A stretch of 64,000 nucleotides of DNA from Ramazzottius varieornatus (Eukaryota > Animalia > Tardigrada): the NCBI GenBank assembly GCA_001949185.1, contig BDGG01000001.1:786207-850206 (forward strand), given 5' to 3'. Of the stretch, positions 13,931 through 26,904 are shown piece after piece. The notes below the pieces were generated by a model. It had not been told where the DNA came from. It saw only the letters and a program-made list of their open reading frames with translations, and did no database searches. Each line of letters starts with the position of its first letter. The stretch's first letter is position 1. Position numbers and translations under genes: made by a program.

Positions 13931-15831
13931 ATGGGCTACCTGTGGAGCATCCTGATCGTACCTTTATCCGTGTTGCTCGCGGTCAATCCTGTCCGCTGTA
14001 AGAGATAGTTTTGGTTGCCTCAGCGTGGTTCACCATGACATGGTGTAACTTTGTTGCCGTCTTTCAGCTCAGGAGGATTCACCATGTATCGTCGCACTTC
14101 GTCGCTATCCCGCACCGGATGCAACTTACACAGCCAAGCACCTCTTTATCAACTGTCCCGAACTGTGCCGTAATTCCACAGGCAGGTACCCTACCGGACA
14201 GTTTCCCCACCCATGGGACTGTAACGCTTTCATCAACTGCTACAATGATGATGCTTGGGTTGCATGGTACGTTTCTTTGACCGAGTCTAAATGCAGCAGT
14301 GTTGGTCTCCACTATCGACCACCGTCTTCTACCAAGCAGCCAAGACCATCTTTGTTTTTACAGGTGTCAGACCGGACTTTACTTCAATCAGTAGGTAGCT
14401 CCAAGCAAGAATGTACTGATGCTCGACAGAAACAGGCCGGACCAAATATGTCTTGTTGCAGGAATAACTTGCAATGCGATTATCCCAGGAACGTCAACTG
14501 TAGCTCCCAGCCGTCACAGTTCTCACTGGCTCCCGGAATGACCACGCAATCCCAATGGGAGTACATCTCCACAACACCCAGTTCCCTCCACCCATCCTTT
14601 ATTACAGACACCGACGCGAATGCTGCAGCTATCACCTGCAAAGACTCCACCAGTAAGAGTTTGGAAATTGTATTTCTGTTTTCACTACATTAATTGGGCC
14701 CTTTATCCTCCAGCCAAGCTGAATGAGAAGGAACAGCTCGGACCTCGCCCCGATCTGTGCAAGCAAGGCACTGGACGCTACCCGGCACCTGATTGTCGGT
14801 ACTACGTCCAATGCACGGGCATCAATGCGGCGGTTGCTCGCTGTCCTGGCGGATTTGTCTTCGACCCGGTGGGAAGTCAGTGTGACTGGCCCAGCAAGAA
14901 CCTACAATGCCTGCAGAGCTGTTACGAGTCGGGAAATTTCGATAAGCCGCAAAATCCGGAACCCACCCCGTCGGTTACACCACGTAAGCTTGAGTTTCGA
15001 CGGGTAAAGATTTCAAAACGGTTCCAACTCCTCGTCCTGAACCGAATTCGTTTTACATATTACACCGAAGACAAGCAAAATTGAAAACTCAATGTTCAGT
15101 GGGGGTCACGGTTGTGGGTCACGGTTGTGCTGCTTTCGGGATCCCAGCAGTTTTACACTTATTATATTGTGTTGGTTGCAGAGCCCTTCTTAACCACGAC
15201 GATCGATTCGGACATTCGCACAGCAAACCTTTCCTGCAACGAATCGCACTGTGTGCCGAAAGCCGGCTGTCAGGTCGAACTCTGCAAGGAACCACGAGGA
15301 CAGTTCGAAATCATTGGCAACTGCTCCAAGTTCGCCAACTGCTGGGAAAATTGCGCGTACATTACTGACTGTCCTGACTATCTGGTAGGTCCTTGCCGTT
15401 ATCCGTACTGCGAGTTGAACTAAAAGTGTCCTCCATAAAAGATAATTGATCCCCTGCATTTTCTGTTTCTTTTGAAGAACCTTGGTTTGTTTGAATGAAA
15501 CGATTTCGGGTTACTAAAAGCGTTGATTCTTCGACAGGTTTTCACGGATTTGAAAGGCGCCTGTGATTTGCCCTTCAACCTACCGCAGGACCATCGTTGT
15601 TACACTTCACCGTACAGCGGTGGCCAGCATACGCTTGAAGCTAGTACTACAGCCGGTTCAAGCAGTGGGTCCACGTTACCGGCCGGCGCCGAACAGGATC
15701 AAGATAACGACGGAGGAATTAACAGCAACTCCAACAACGGATATACCTTTGCCCCTCTGAAATTCCCGTCGTTTGCGATGAATCAAATGCAGGGAACTGG
15801 GCCTGGTAGAATGGTACAAGCTCAGTGGTGA
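13931..15831 (+). CDS. Secreted chitin-binding protein with 3 peritrophin-A (CBM14) domains and Thr/Pro linkers (multi-exon)
   Basis: Signal peptide MGYLWSILIVPLSVLLAV. Six-Cys repeats, e.g. C..GRYPAPDCRYYVQC..CPGGFVFDPVGSQCDWP..C, FPHPWDCNAFINC and GNCSKFANC..CPDYLVF..CD. Confidence 0.85.
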
Positions 15832-16183
15832 ATTTTCTTGCAATGGCCTCTGCGAAAAATATAAAATACAAGAGGAAATTTATGAGGAAATTCATCGCCT
15901 TGAAATTTAATTAACCAATTCGTCACATCTCAGATTTATTAATTGTCATGTAAGAATCTATGGCGTTTTGCTATGGGTTGCACTTGGATTCGGCCAGCAG
16001 ATAAGCGCAATCATTCCGCAGACATCAGTATAAAACGATCAGATTCCTGAACAAAGATGTTAGACCTATAGCCGCCTTCTGCCGTTATTCTGGAAAAGAA
16101 CTACGGCTTTATAATGTGTACGTTCTCGGTTTGCAGATACGCGATAGAGAAATTAGGATTTGACAGTGCAAAGCTAAGAAGCA

Positions 16184-17941
16184 ATGGGTTTCCTAAGCGT
16201 CTGGATAGTTTTGTTACTGGGCTTTTCTTCGCTGGCTGAGTCCGTTACCGGTAAGGATTAATGCTCGACGAAGGCTCATGTAAACGAACACATGGGAATA
16301 CCGTATGTGAACATTGGGGCCTCTTCGAAGATCAGTGTCAATCGGCAACTTGGCGGCTAATTCTCGATGCCTCCAGTCACTGAAGCAACATGGCACACCA
16401 GACGCCACCTTCACCGCCAAATTCGTGGACAAGCACTGTCGTCAGTAAAGTTTCAATTTGTTCTATGCCGATAAAGTTATTGTACCATAACTTCAAACTT
16501 GCTTCTGATTAGCGGAGCTGTGCCGTAACACTTCCGGTCATTTTTCCACTGGACAGTTCGCGCATCCTTGGGACTGCAAGTCATTCATCAATTGCTACCA
16601 GGTATGCCAAGCAGCCTGCGGCCTTGTTCCGCACTGCTTAGTGTTCTCTCGTCTGGTCTGCCAACAATTTGACCACGAGGCCATCTCTGTTTGGTTTGAC
16701 AGGATGAAGCATGGATCGGATTTTGCCAAACTGGACTCAACTTCAATGAGTAACATCCTTTCCGCCAGCGGATAGTAATTCCTGCGGTGAACCGCACGCT
16801 GGTAGTCAACATGCACTGTTCTATTCTTCCACAGGAACAAAAAACAATGCGACTGGCCAAAAAATGCCAACTGCACTCCGAAACCCGTTCCCACCGACAC
16901 AGAAAGGCCGATGTTTGTCGTGGTGGCCACCACCCCTGTCTCGCCCGCCTTGGCTGATCTTCCCCGGAACACTTGCAAGGCAACCGACCGTGAGTTGCGT
17001 CTCTTACTTCTCTCAAGCCGTAGAGAGTTGTCATGTGTGGCTTTCTTTCTTATATACAGCCAACTTCAACACTTACGAAGATCTTGGACATCGGCCCGAC
17101 TTGTGCACATCCGGCAGTGGACTGTACCCAGCACCCGACTGCCGCTTTTACATCCGTTGCAATGACACAAGAGCAATGGTAACTGCCATTAACTGGCATG
17201 TTTTCCAGGATGTAAGCAAGCATTCAGACTTTTTAACCTATTCAGAATTCCAGGCTGCCAAATGTCCGGCCGGATTCTTGTTTGACACCACCAAGCGCCA
17301 GTGCGACTGGCCCCACAAGATTGAGAGCTGCTCCCAACTATGTCAGGAGAATTACGTACCGCCAACCAAGTCTACGACAACGAGTCCGGTGATGACCACA
17401 AGTAAGAACCGCTGTCGAAATTATTTGAAGATGGAGAAACTCTGCGATATTTTTTAACCTCGAGTCGATTGATGATTTCTCAGCGGTTCATCCTGCAAGT
17501 TCAGCTCCGTTAATACAAAGTACCAGCACAACTACCACTACTACCACCACAGCGACCACATCTAAGTCCACGTCCACGCTACCACCTCGCGACCCACTCT
17601 GCAAGAATGTCTCGGGCAACTTCGAGTACCAGAACGACTGCACCAAATACGTCAGCTGTAAGGACTGGCATGCTATCCTCCACGACTGTCCCAAAGGTTT
17701 GGTGAGTAGCCATGAACACGATGCACGGTTTTGCGCTATGGAAATGTTGCTGGGTTCGCAGGTGTTTGTCGCAGCTAAAGGTTGGTGTAACTGGACCTGG
17801 ATGCTACCGGAACAGCACCGGTGCTACAAGGCTTTCGATAACGGTTCTGGGGACTGCCCTTTTTACCGTGGCGAAAACGATACAGCGCCATTACCTGCTG
17901 TGGCATCAACTGCTGTCAAACCGATCCCGATGATTTATTGA
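16184..17941 (+). CDS. Tandem paralog: secreted CBM14 chitin-binding protein (multi-exon)
   Basis: Signal peptide MGFLSVWIVLLLGFSSLA. Contains FAHPWDCKSFINC, RPDLCTSGSGLYPAPDCRFYIRC..CPAGFLFD..QCDWP, a Thr-rich linker and NDCTKYVSC..CPKGLVF. Colinear with the upstream gene. Confidence 0.85.
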
Positions 17942-18278
17942 GGAAATTAATTGCGAGTTTTCTGTAACCTGTGCCGAGGGTCTTTTACGGTCACTTGTTA
18001 CGCAAGCCAATCACTGTGTGCATATCGAGTTCTTGTAAGCCGTTACCGTGCTGTAAAATATGCTTACCCCGTACTACTTCCACTTCAATGAAGTGCTTCT
18101 TCCGTCCTGCGCAATTAACGACGACCGGCGCCGTCTCCAAAAATGCTCGGTTAATCCTGTACCCAATGCGAAACACAGCGTGTTTGAACACTGAACGCCG
18201 CCGTACACCCCTGATCTTCCATGCACTTCAGCCTATCCACCCCACCGTATCGCGCTTCCCTTGCATCGTCCAACGAGT

Positions 18279-19301
18279 ATGACGACCTACCAATCGGCTT
18301 TTTATATTCTGGCGGTAGCTGCTGCAGTTTATCTCCTATTGTTTTGCTGCATAATGTGCGGTGTTGATAATACGACTACAACCGATGCTCAGCATGTATC
18401 TAAAGTTGTTTCCAAACCTCCGCAATCACAATCTTTGATTGCTCATTACTGCCTTTTTTACAATAATCTCAAACCTAATGTCGAAAGGCACTCTCACATG
18501 TTCCTCGACTGCTTAGGAGTGTACTCCACAATGACCAATCTGAAACCTCACCGTATACTTTACCATACCAATGTTCCTGGATTTTGGCCGTTTGATTAAT
18601 GCGAATCGGCGTTGAACAAGTCGATCGACTGGTCGGCCATCCAAGTCGTTTAAGCCAAGTCTCATTTCACCGCTAGTGGTCATCGCATCTCCTATTTACA
18701 GCACGAAGCTGACTTGTGCAAGTACCAAGCCGTGGAAGAATACGGAGGACTGGCGCTGGATTTTTATATCTATATTCTGGATGGCGAGAAAATCCGCTCA
18801 GTGCTCAGTTCGGCTTTATGCATTGTCTGTCAAGAGCAAGAGGCTGTCGAACTGAATGCTGACTTCATCGGTTGTGAGGCACCTCATGCGCAATTTCCCA
18901 GGTTGATATTAAAGTCATACGAGACGGACTACAATGCATCCTGTTGGGATTGTAACAGCGCCATCATCCCGTTGGACATTCATAGAACCAACTCGGGAAC
19001 TGCGCGAGTGGTTGAAGGAATTTGTGATTACCAGCATTATTACAATGTGTCGGCAGATTTTGACTGGGCCGACAAAGCGCATCATTCGTATTTCCACAAA
19101 AATTCCTTCAACCTGCACAATGCCTTCCAACTCAACACAAGGTTGGGAAATGTCTTCTGCTGTCTATTGCTCGATAATCCACCAGAGCTGAAAGGTCAAG
19201 TGATACCAATGAGGTCGAATCTGGTAGTGCCGCAACTCTTTCAGCTGGTTAGCGATCTAGCTCAGTTGGTCAGGGCGTTTTCTTCTAAACCCCGATCATA
19301 G
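18279..19301 (+). pseudogene. Intronless GT32 (DXD-motif, alpha-1,4-GlcNAc transferase-like) glycosyltransferase pseudogene
   Basis: Type II TM N-terminus. HEADLCKYQAVEEYGGLALDFY matches the H.SD..R..L..YGG.YLD.D motif. One continuous frame is broken by TAA at 18597-18599 and 18651-18653, and the second Asp of DxD is Tyr. Confidence 0.75.
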
Positions 19302-19473
19302 CCGCAGTAAACAAAAGGCTCATTTTTTTCGCCCCATGTGATACCAAGGGAACCCGCGTGATCGTAGTTGCGTTTTGGGATAGCGTATAGTACAAGACAG
19401 CATTGCGATTAAATAACCAGTAATACAATAAGATACCTGAAATTCTACCTGACATACTCCGAAAGACATTGGG

Positions 19474-19949
19474 ATGGAACAAGAGGAGCTGGTCGCCCAT
19501 ATTTTGTACGGGCCATGTAACGGTCCTCCAAGCGGATGGGCAGACTATTTTCCCTTCTACGTGACCGGACTACAGGGTAAATCCACAAATGCAACCACGT
19601 CATTTTACCTGTATGAAGTGAGTTGGACTACATTTACTCAGACAAGTGTGACACCTCAGGTTTTTTGAGATCGAAAGGCTTTCGAGTGATGGTCAACAAA
19701 TGGACGGCATTCGGTTTGGTCGAAGTGGTACTAAACGGAGAAGTGGTCTTCGTCGATGACGTTCAACGACTGCACTACGGTGAGCCACCATACGTACTTT
19801 TGAACAACGATGGATGCGCTTTACGGCACGTTAAATACTTTCTAGACGCAAAGGGCGACGAAGACCCCTTATTCAACAAGATATTGGACAAGATCTTGAA
19901 AAATTATCCCGCTTCGACACCAGAGACACTTCCATCCAAAATAACTTGA
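19474..19949 (+). CDS. C10orf53: UPF0728 / C10orf53-like small protein (3 exons)
   Basis: Spliced product HILYGP..VTGLQ|GFLRSKGFRV..VEVVLNGEVVF..LHY|DAKGDEDPL is colinear with C10orf53 (LRYGPY..LQGLQ..VELMVNEEVIF..GDGKLDPL). Two phase-compatible GT-AG introns. Confidence 0.72.
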
Positions 19950-20195
19950 CAGACCTGAAACACATGTGCCGGGTAGTTTTGTTCGTAAGGTTGTATAGAT
20001 CCAGTTTGAACCTGGGCGTTGGGACAGCGTGTCCAGTTCGTCAGTGGTACTTGGCAGTCGCGACGGTGCCGTGGTAACACCTGTAGTACTTTCACCATTG
20101 GCCTTACGCATCTGTGACTTAACCGACACCCAGCTCGAAGTTTCATAACTTGGATTTCGTGAGCTAGAAGCAAGTGAGAATTATAGTCAAGCGTC

Positions 20196-22301
20196 ATGGG
20201 TCAGCAAGAGCTGCATCAGATTCGGTCGTTATACGAGCTCCAACCTCCAGATGGCTCAGCCAGCTCTGAATTTGAATCCTCAGATCAGTCCGCTGCCAGC
20301 CCTTATTCGGAACTATTTCGCGGGAAGATCTACCAGCATTATATGCTGCTGGAAACCAGCGGTACTGGCGGCCTTGAAGGTGGCTTGGTTGAAAGTCCGA
20401 AATGTGCTCCCGCAGACTTCGAAGACGCCACTCAACGGCGAACGATTATGCGTGAAAAACCCTTTGCCATCGTTGTCAGCGATCCCTTCCCCGAAGAAAA
20501 ACAAGACTTGTTATTTCAGGTTTGAATCCGCCCTGCTTGCTTCGCAATTGTGCGGTACGATCTAACAAGCTAGGCCGAAGTTTACGATTGTAGACCTACG
20601 GTGATGTTCGAGTGCGAGCTAGGAGACGGCTGCGTGCGAGGATATCGCGTATTCCGGCCACCGATGTCTTCGCCCGATGGCTGGTGGAGAATCCAGCTTT
20701 CCAGACGTTCATCATGCTGGTCATTGCCTACAATTGTGTAACCTTGGGTATCCAAGCCGAGTACAGCGATCGGAGCGGTACGACGGCAGCAATGGTGCGC
20801 TCCGTACTGGACTGCCTCGACGTATTAGCCCTGGCCATCTTCATGTTCGAGATATGGCTCAAGTGGAAGGTCAACTTTCGCGATTTCTGGCTGAACCCAT
20901 GGAATACCTTTGATTTCTTAATTACGCTCTTCACCTTTATTACAACGGCCATCAGCATGGCCGGCAACGCCACCCCAGCGGATACGTCATTAAGGAGCGT
21001 GGGCAAAACTATGAGGGCCTTTCAAGTCTTGAGGTTGATGAGGATTTTGACCAGAAGTCAAGGCATAAAAGTAAGGCATCATCGATATCGTCACTCTTTG
21101 CCTGAACTTTGTTCATCGCTCCAAATTTTCCTCTGGATATTTTGGCAGGTTATCGTGTTTACAGTGACACAGTCCCTGAAAGATATGGGTTCGATCCTCG
21201 TCGTCTTTGTTCTCTTCATGTACATCTTCCTGGTGACGGGTGTTATATTCATGTCGGAGATGGCGAAGACAACAGATCAGCTGGTTGTGACTGGAAACTT
21301 CTCCGCCGAAGTCGTTCAGTATGGTCATCGTTTCCAGTAAGAGAGTCATCGTGTACACGTACATGTTGCCTTCTTTTTCTTACTTGTATAGAAATTGGTT
21401 ATGTTTGTTCCAGAAATTTGTACTGGGGTTTTCTGACGCTGTACCAGATATTCACAATTGACCACTGGTACGCCATGCTGCATAACTCTTGGTGCAAGTT
21501 GATGGATCCCATCTTCCCCACCATCTACATACTGTTATGGGTCCTGATTGGTTCGCTCATCTTCCGCAATATTTTCGCTGGTGTGGTGGTCAACACCTTT
21601 CAGTCACTACGACAGACCGTTGCGGAGGAAGATGAGGAGGATGAAAAAGACATTTCCGATAGGAGTCTTTCCGAGTTCAAAAATTTCATCGACCTCCAGA
21701 TTTCGGAACAAGACCACCACATGACATCACGTAAGTTCAAACCAGGCATACAAAATGAAACCATCTGCACTTCTCATCGTTATTAACCTGTCTGGTGTCT
21801 TTTACCACGACATTTTTACGCTAACTCGTCCGTTTTATCACTTCGGCGTTCGTTTTAGAGGAGGATCTACTCTTGGAGACATCTGAAAGTTCCACTTCCC
21901 TGCAGGAAAAACCATCTCAAGCTCAAACCAAAGATCCCGTCCTCAGACTAAACGAAAAAGGTTCCACGTGGTTATATAGCTTTCTTAAGAGTCTCCACAT
22001 GCTAGAAAAACTGGTCACTTTGAAACCGACGAAGTGGAAGAAGGACCTGATATTCCAGTACTTTGAAGTAATGGAGGAACTTCAAGAAAACCTTCACGAA
22101 CGTCAAGAAATAGTGCGTATGATGGACGACTGGATACTTACCATGATGAACAAGGACGATCCAGCCAGTCAGCCCAAACCTGCGGACCGGACCAAGCAAC
22201 TCAAAACCATGTTGAGGAACAAAGCTGCTCATAATGATAACGAGAAAAAATTACCGACAGTGTTCGGCAGATACCATGGACAGCCTGCAGCCCCCAGGTG
22301 A
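20196..22301 (+). CDS. CATSPER2: CatSper2-like 6-TM cation channel alpha subunit (multi-exon)
   Basis: EIWLKW..FWLNPWNTFDF, S4 RAFQVLRLMRILTR and pore FTIDHWYAML (CatSper2 FTLDHWYALL). S6 IYILLWVLIGSLIFRNI and C-terminal W.KD.IFQYFEVMEELQENLHER (CatSper2 WPRDSLFRYFELLEKLQYNLEER). The splice phase checked at 20519/20594 is in frame. Confidence 0.87.
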
Positions 22302-22562
22302 AGCTTTCATTTTTTGCAGTTTGCTGTCTGTCCACCATCTTTCCTTTATGCATTTATTTGCCGTTCTTTCCTGGCTATGTATTTATTTTCTGCTGTTGAA
22401 GATGATTACTGTACTGGCATGGCAAAATATCAATACTTCCAGTGATGGATCGAAGAGGGATATAAGGACTATGTAGTTAAGAACTAACTGCCGGCCTGGC
22501 CGTAGTTTGCACGACATGACTTGCGTGCAGCAGAAACTATTAATAAATTGTCTTTCGAACAA

Positions 22563-22898
22563 TTACTTTTTAGTATTCTGCGGGAGAAGACTTTGCCCAT
22601 ACCGACTGTCGTCATCAACTCGTCCTCGGGTTCCGGCATGCCCGTGATTTTTAGCGTCATGTCCAGTTGCGGTGGTGTTGGTGGTAGTGGTGGTTGTGGT
22701 CGTAGTGTTCTGCTGTTCATGAGTGGAAGGATGGTTCTTCGGCGGCTCCTTGGTTCGGACATCTGAAAAACCAAATGTTCTTTTCACCTTCTACGGCTTA
22801 CGTGCAGACAGTTTAACTCAGCAGAGTGAGGCGAAAGATAGCACATATTACATGAGACAGATTCAAACACCGCCATACTTACTTTTGCGATCGGCCAT
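22563..22898 (-). CDS. Putative 71-aa low-complexity hydrophilic peptide (exons 22898-22883 and 22762-22563)
   Basis: ATG GCC GAT CGC AAA A|gtaagt ... tttttcag|AT splices in frame to MADRKNVRTKEPPKNHPSTHEQQNTTTTTTTTTNTTATGHD..TKK*. Splice sites are strong; no homology recognised. Confidence 0.4.
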
Positions 22899-23542
22899 TT
22901 CGGTCCGAATCGGGAGTAACGCTGCACTGTGTTTTCTGCCGGAAAGAAAAGATGGTCGATCAAATGCTTCCGTACGTAATACAGACTGCTGAACACAAAG
23001 TCTTGTAGAGCCTTTTATGCTACTCAGGCATAAAGGTTCAAAATATCATAATTGAAATGAGCAATAAATCGTTGCCGGCAGGCGAATTACCAAATGAAAC
23101 TTGTTTCCAGTGGGACTTCAGTTCAATGCTTATCTCGACGAACGAGTACTTATTTTTCTGTCAGACGCTCTAGCAGCACACCTTATCGCAAATCTCGATG
23201 GCCGATGAGACGAGCTATCAAACGTCCAGGCTGTGAGATGACTTGATCTAAATACTGCCTGAAAAGCACAAAGGTGAAAACGTATTCTTACTGGCCTAAA
23301 CTGAGAAGCGTCATCTAGTGGAAAGCACGAACTTACCACAACATGCTACACGACCATCAGCTTCTTGACGTCAAGGACCACGTCCATACATTGAACAAGG
23401 GACCGAGCGGCTATGCGGATTTTTTATGGGAGGTTTTGGCAGATTTTTAACCCCCATGAAGACAACTACGTGTAAATACGCGAGTTACAGGATAGTTTCC
23501 ACAAGACGACCGTTCCGTACGTTAGAGTGATGTTCATTTGGG

Positions 23543-24183
23543 CAGGGGTGATCGGCCCCAGTGTTATTTTACTATGACTTTCGGAATTTTAATTCCAATT
23601 ACCATTACTGAAATTCTCCCAGATTCCGTAATCTTAATTGCGAAACGTCTTTCCTCGCAGAATTCCCTATTATCTATTAATTTTACTTATACTGGCAGCA
23701 GGCATCTTAATTATTTTAACTGCTGAAGGATCAAAAACAGACGCAGCGTTCTTTCTTTAATCGCCAAATCAGTACTGCGCAGCAATACATGGTGAGCAAA
23801 CTGCGGTGCGCGAAGCGCGCAGTCCCTTTTATAGAACCCTGTGCGCAAGCTATGGTCCTACACCCTACCTAGGGTGTGCTTCGCAGATGGTATTTGATGT
23901 CGAACAACGAAAACCATTCGGAAAATACCATAGATCTTGCACTTTTGGCCCCGTTTTTGCACTTTCACCTCATTTTAATTGCAGCTTACCACATATTTAA
24001 TTATCTATTTTACTATGCGACCACTCAGGCAATTTTACTGTAATTTTACTACATAGTAAAATTTGGCGGTTGATTTTCGCAATTTCAATTGCCATAGACA
24101 TTCATAGTAAAACCAAAAACGCCCGAATTTCAGCCATCTTAAATCATCTATTACGATTATTAAAATAACACTGATCGGCCCTG
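23543..24183. mobile_element. Degenerate hAT-like MITE
   Basis: Ends CAGGGG..CAGTGTTATTTTA / TAAAATAACACTGATCGGCCCTG with an AT-rich interior. No matching TSD. Confidence 0.4.
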
Positions 24184-24679
24184 TCTCCCTGTGTGAAACG
24201 TAGGGAATCAAAAAACTAAATTTTGGCTTTAAATTCAATTTTTTACAAAGTTAAGAAAGTGTAAACTGCAAGTCATCGACTTTTCAAAATTTCAAAGTCC
24301 GAAGACCGACATTTCGAATCAGTGAAAACATATTTTTGGAGTTTTGAAAAAGAGTTACTGGTGAATCATAGTTCTGAAGCGTCAGAAAACCTGGTCACGC
24401 ACAACCATGCTGAATCAACACCTGTCTTGACCTCAGCATCGTTAACATTCACAAAGATGTCATCATCAGTCATCAGTAAATCGTCGATCGGTACATTGGA
24501 GGTAGAGAGCGGAGTAGCGTGAAAAAATCGACGCTAAAGCTGAATCCTCGTATTTACAATAAATCCACGATATCTGTACGCTGCGAAGCTTGTGCTTTTG
24601 TGCGCGGCTTTACGCTCTTCTGCTTGACAGTGAGAAATCACGCTATCTACGCGGTGCGTTTATTTTTTTATTAATGTTT

Positions 24680-24849
24680 TCAGAATTCCACTTCAAGAAA
24701 GGCAGCTCATCGAACGTATCTTCCTTAAAGCAAATTCACTTATCAGTGAACACATTCCTAGCATCGCTGAACAATCTTTGAGATGGCGTAATCGGAGCTT
24801 AAATATAGAGACGCCTTCTTCGCTAATGCATGAAGTATTAGCGTGCACT
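24680..24849 (-). mobile_element. hAT transposase C-terminal dimerisation-domain remnant
   Basis: The minus strand reads HALAKKASLYL..RLFSDARNVFTDK*ICFKEDTFDELPFLKWN, matching the LA...L....SERLFS.A..V.T.KR..L.....L.FLK.N pattern. It abuts the Tc1 insertion. Confidence 0.6.
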
Positions 24850-24851
24850 TA

Positions 24852-26517
24852 CACTGTCTCCCAATAGTGAGTAACCCCCCACCGCAATTTTTTTGAAGTT
24901 TCCATTTCTCGGTGTAGGAAAGTCCAAACCCTTTGAAATTATTTACGTAAACATAACCATAACCCCACCACCAAACAGCAGTAGTTTCGTAGAGTAAGCT
25001 TCTAAGTGCACCTCAGAAAAATTCAAAGACCCAGAATGCTCACTCAAATGAAACCAACTTCATTATCATCACCATTAGTGAAAAAAATCCGTGTGCCCAA
25101 ACCCCGAATCCGATTTCCCCAAAAATCAACCCGAGTGAGAATCGAACCAAAAGCTACGAAACGTAACACGCAATCAGCTGATTCTATTGTTCCGGCGTTT
25201 TGTGGATATTTTTCTGAAAATGGCTCCCCAGAGGACAGAGCATAGTCTTGCTATTCGAAATCTCGTCATTAAGAAGCATCTTCTGAAAGTCTCAAACTAT
25301 GAGATATCTAGGCAATTGCTTATCCCACGGTGTAGTGTGATCAAGATCGTGAAGAAGTACAAGGAGATGGGAAGCGTCGAGAATAATCCGAGATGTGGAC
25401 GACCAAGAAAAACAACCGCTCTGACGGATCGACTGATTGTTCGCAAGGCAGTGAAAGAGCGGCAGAAATCTGCTTCCACTATTGAAGAAGAGATCAAGGC
25501 CGGGCTATCAGTGTCAGTTTCGGAGGAAACCGTGCGCCGCAGGATCCATGAGAAAGGCTTGCACGGAAGAGTTGGCCGAAAAAAACCTTTGGTCAAACCC
25601 CATGCTCAGAAACTACGTTTGGAATTTTGTAAACGGTATGAGAAACAGCCGGTAAGCTTTTATGACAACATACTATGGTCGGATCTAAATTCAATCTGTT
25701 CGGGTCGGATGGAAAAGTGATGGTGTGACGAAAACCGGGAGAAGAATTCCTTCCAGAATGCACAGTGCCTACTGTTAAGCACGGCGGGGGAAGTATCATG
25801 GTGTGGGGCTGCTTCTCAAGTTCTGGAGTAGGAAACCTTGTCATTGTCAGAGAAAACATGGATGCTGTGTACTACAAAGCGATTCTGAAGAGAAATTTGA
25901 AAGAATCTGGAAGAAAACTGAAACTGAAGTGAGGGTGGTGGTTTCGGCAGGATAACGATCCAAAACACAAGCCGATGCTTGTGTCGAACTGGCTGAACAA
26001 ATACCATACAAAACAGCTGTTTTGGGCGCCTTATAGTCCTGATCTGAACCCTATCGAACATTTGTGGGCAGAAGTGGAAAGGCGACTAAGGAAAATCGAG
26101 TTGAAGAACATCGGACAACTGGAAGAAGCTATCGTGGAAGTGTGGTACAATATTGAGCCTGAGTTTTGTCGAAATCTCGTTCATTCGATGCCAAGACGCA
26201 TTGCTAAGGTTAAAAAGAACCAGGGCTTTGCATCGGGCTATTGATCCCTGAATAGATTTCAGGAATAGTTGGCAGGAAAATGTTTCTCCCGAGGAGCGGC
26301 GCATAGTTGAATTTATCTCTTTTCGTATCACTTTTTGGTTCCTGGCTGACTGAAAACTTACGCGCAGATGTACTTGACAAATTTAGCTGTAGAAATCTAG
26401 AACAAGGTTTGTTCTTTCGTTTGACTATGCCTCTGCACCAAATAAAATCACTGCGATGAAGATATTCGGCAAAAACTCGAAGTTGAGGTGGGGGTTACTC
26501 ACTTTTGGGAGACAGTG
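24852..26517 (+). mobile_element. Full-length Tc1 element (1666 bp) with inactivated DD34E-type transposase (25220-26244)
   Basis: TIRs CACTGTCTCCCAA.AGTGAGTAACCCCC / GGGGGTTACTCACTTTTGGGAGACAGTG with TA TSD. Motifs GRPRKTT, WSD (frameshift near 25685), TVKHGGGSIMVWGCF, QDNDPKH and SPDLNPIEHLW. In-frame TGA stops. Confidence 0.95.
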
Positions 26518-26904
26518 TAATTACGCGGTGGAAACCTGAGTCAGCCCCGCTGCGCGGACTGTTGCGGGCTGGCATTCGCGCTATATTGCGCTGATCCACC
26601 TATAGTCCCTATACAATTTGCGCTGACGCGTGGAACAGCGTGGTACCGCGTGACCACGCTGCTACGAGCTCTAATTGAAGGTGGAGACTTCGGAGCAGTA
26701 GCGCCGCCACGTCCACCACACGGTTATGCAGTCCGCGGAAATGGCGATCGACTCCAAAACCGATGACGAGGCAGCCGACAGCGATATCTGCGCCGAGCCC
26801 GATGACGGTGACGACATGGATTTCCATGAGGGAGATTCTAAATATTTTTATTCCGCATCTACTTTGTATCTAGCTTTCAATCGCTATCAATTTCTTTTGG
26901 CGAA

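Noticed and set aside
18597-18653. Stop-codon readthrough or an alternative genetic code in the GT32 ORF
   Set aside because: Neighbouring genes use TAA as a normal stop and the DxD motif is also mutated, so a pseudogene is the simpler explanation.
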